Assembly (NCBI GenBank): GCA_977017645.1 | Contig: OZ360221.1 | Location: 122,388,001-122,452,000 of the forward strand | Direction of reading: 5' to 3' | DNA length: 64,000 bases | Source of the DNA: Torpedo marmorata | Taxonomy: Eukaryota | Part shown: in pieces, positions 62,600-64,000 of the stretch | Layout of the letters: every line of letters starts with the position of its first letter | How positions within the stretch are numbered: the stretch's first letter is position 1 | The notes under the pieces: model-generated | Told to the model about the DNA's origin: nothing | The model's input: only the letters and a program-made list of their open reading frames with translations | Database searches by the model: none | Program-made: the position numbers and the translations under genes

Positions 62600-64000
62600 A
62601 ATGGGGTTAGAAAGGAGCGAAGAATGTGTGCATCTTATCACACTAACCTGTAGAGCAAGTTCATTCTGCAACTTGTGTGGGGAAGGAAGCCACCCCAGTT
62701 TCAGGAGAAGGGAAATACAAGCCAGCCAGGAGACAGAGATACAGGAGCACAGATGGATCTCCCCCCAGCAACTCCACCAGCTTGATCTGAAGAGGCCCTA
62801 CTCCCAGAGAAGTTCGCCAAAGCTGTGGGCATGAGGGCTCAGGCTGATTGACACTGGACTGTAAGGATTGCAAACTGGAGACTCCAGTAAATCACAATGG
62901 AGATTGAAATGGCACCCCTCAATGTGCGCAGTGTCAAACGCACTATGCGCTGCGTAAATACCTTGCAATAACTTGCCAAAGTCAAGGTCGTCGTGACTTT
63001 CATACAAGAGTGTGGGCTGCCACACCTCAGGAACTATTGGAGGTGGTCGTGATGGTGACCCAAGTGGTTGTCTGTATGGTCATTGGGGGGTGTGGGTGGG
63101 GAACGATGTCACACCTCCGGTCTGGATATCTTGCAGCAGGGAGGCAACTTTGTAATCATCTAGGTTAAGGAGGTGGTTGGGGGGGCATCTCCTCATGGTG
63201 GGCCCAACAAACCACAACACCCCACTCCGGTTGATCAATGTGTATGCCTCACCCGTATGGAGAGAGGGGTTGGCCGTCTTCCAGCAGCTCCCACCGTTGC
63301 TGGCGACATCCAGGCCAATCGTTCTAGCAGTGACTTCAACTGCATCATTGATGTGGCTGGACAATCCATCGGTACTGACAGCAGACTGAACAGCTCCTCC
63401 GGACTTCTGATGGAGACGGTTAAAGATACAGAGCTGTGCGACGTCTTCAGCAACCCTGCAAATGGAGCACAGCTGCAGCCCACCTGGTCGAGATCAGACG
63501 GTTCAACCCGGTCTCTGATAGACTTCCTCTTTGTGTCAAAGGCCGTCACGGTCGGAACCACCTGCCAGTGTTTTTCTATGACCAATGCCTCCTTCGTGCC
63601 TCCTGTCACCAACAGGAGGACTAGAAGGTGGGCAGGGGAACGTGGAAACTGAACTGAAGTTGCTGACCCGAGAGAACGTAGAGGAACTAAAGAAGTACAT
63701 AGGTTGGAGAAACTCTTCTTTGATTTCACCTGTGAACTGGTGGGAAGTGACCAAGGAGAACATCGAGGTTCTTCATCCTAAAAAGTGCCCAGCGAGCAAG
63801 ACAGAGGGAGAGTGAACTGAGCCAACTCCAGACTGACCTGCAGCAACTCCTCCTTCTGCAGTTGAGTGGGGTGGATGTGAGACAGGAACTCGAGAGGTTA
63901 AAAAGTCGGCAAGTTGTGCTATATGCCTCTGAGTCCTCCAAGATCATTTTCCGATCCAGAGTCCACACAGTAAAGCAGGATGAGATGTACTCGCGCTTCT
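62600..64000 (+). mobile_element. Degenerate Tx1-clade LINE (ORF1 zinc knuckle, ORF2 endonuclease)
   Basis: FCNLCGEGSH knuckle; LNVRSVK, LRLINVYAS, DFNCI, TWSRSDGSTRSLIDFLFVS, WWEVTKENI. Runs off the window end. Confidence 0.75.

Overview
Eukaryotic vertebrate DNA, most likely a cartilaginous fish (inferred from the mix of CR1, Penelope, Rex1/Babar and AT-rich L1 families). Almost the whole window is stacked, nested transposable elements. These include many CR1 LINE pieces, L1 and Tx1 LINE pieces (at least one with a 5' inversion), Rex1/Babar LINEs (one near full length), and Penelope-like elements with hammerhead-ribozyme motifs. There are also two Gypsy LTR retrotransposons, an RT-less BEL/Pao element with a SAP-like Gag N-terminus and an unexplained coiled-coil insert, and a full-length intron-containing PIF/Harbinger transposon plus a non-autonomous relative. 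Several MITEs (Tc2-, Tigger- and hAT-like) are present, and three of them carry GC-rich minisatellites. No host protein-coding exon could be recognised with confidence. The best host feature is a CpG-rich promoter and first exon at about 40.66-40.90 kb (E-box/CLEAR, CRE, NRF1-like motifs, GT donor). TSDs and TIRs let the insertion order be reconstructed in several nests. All family calls come from motif recognition by eye, not from database searches.
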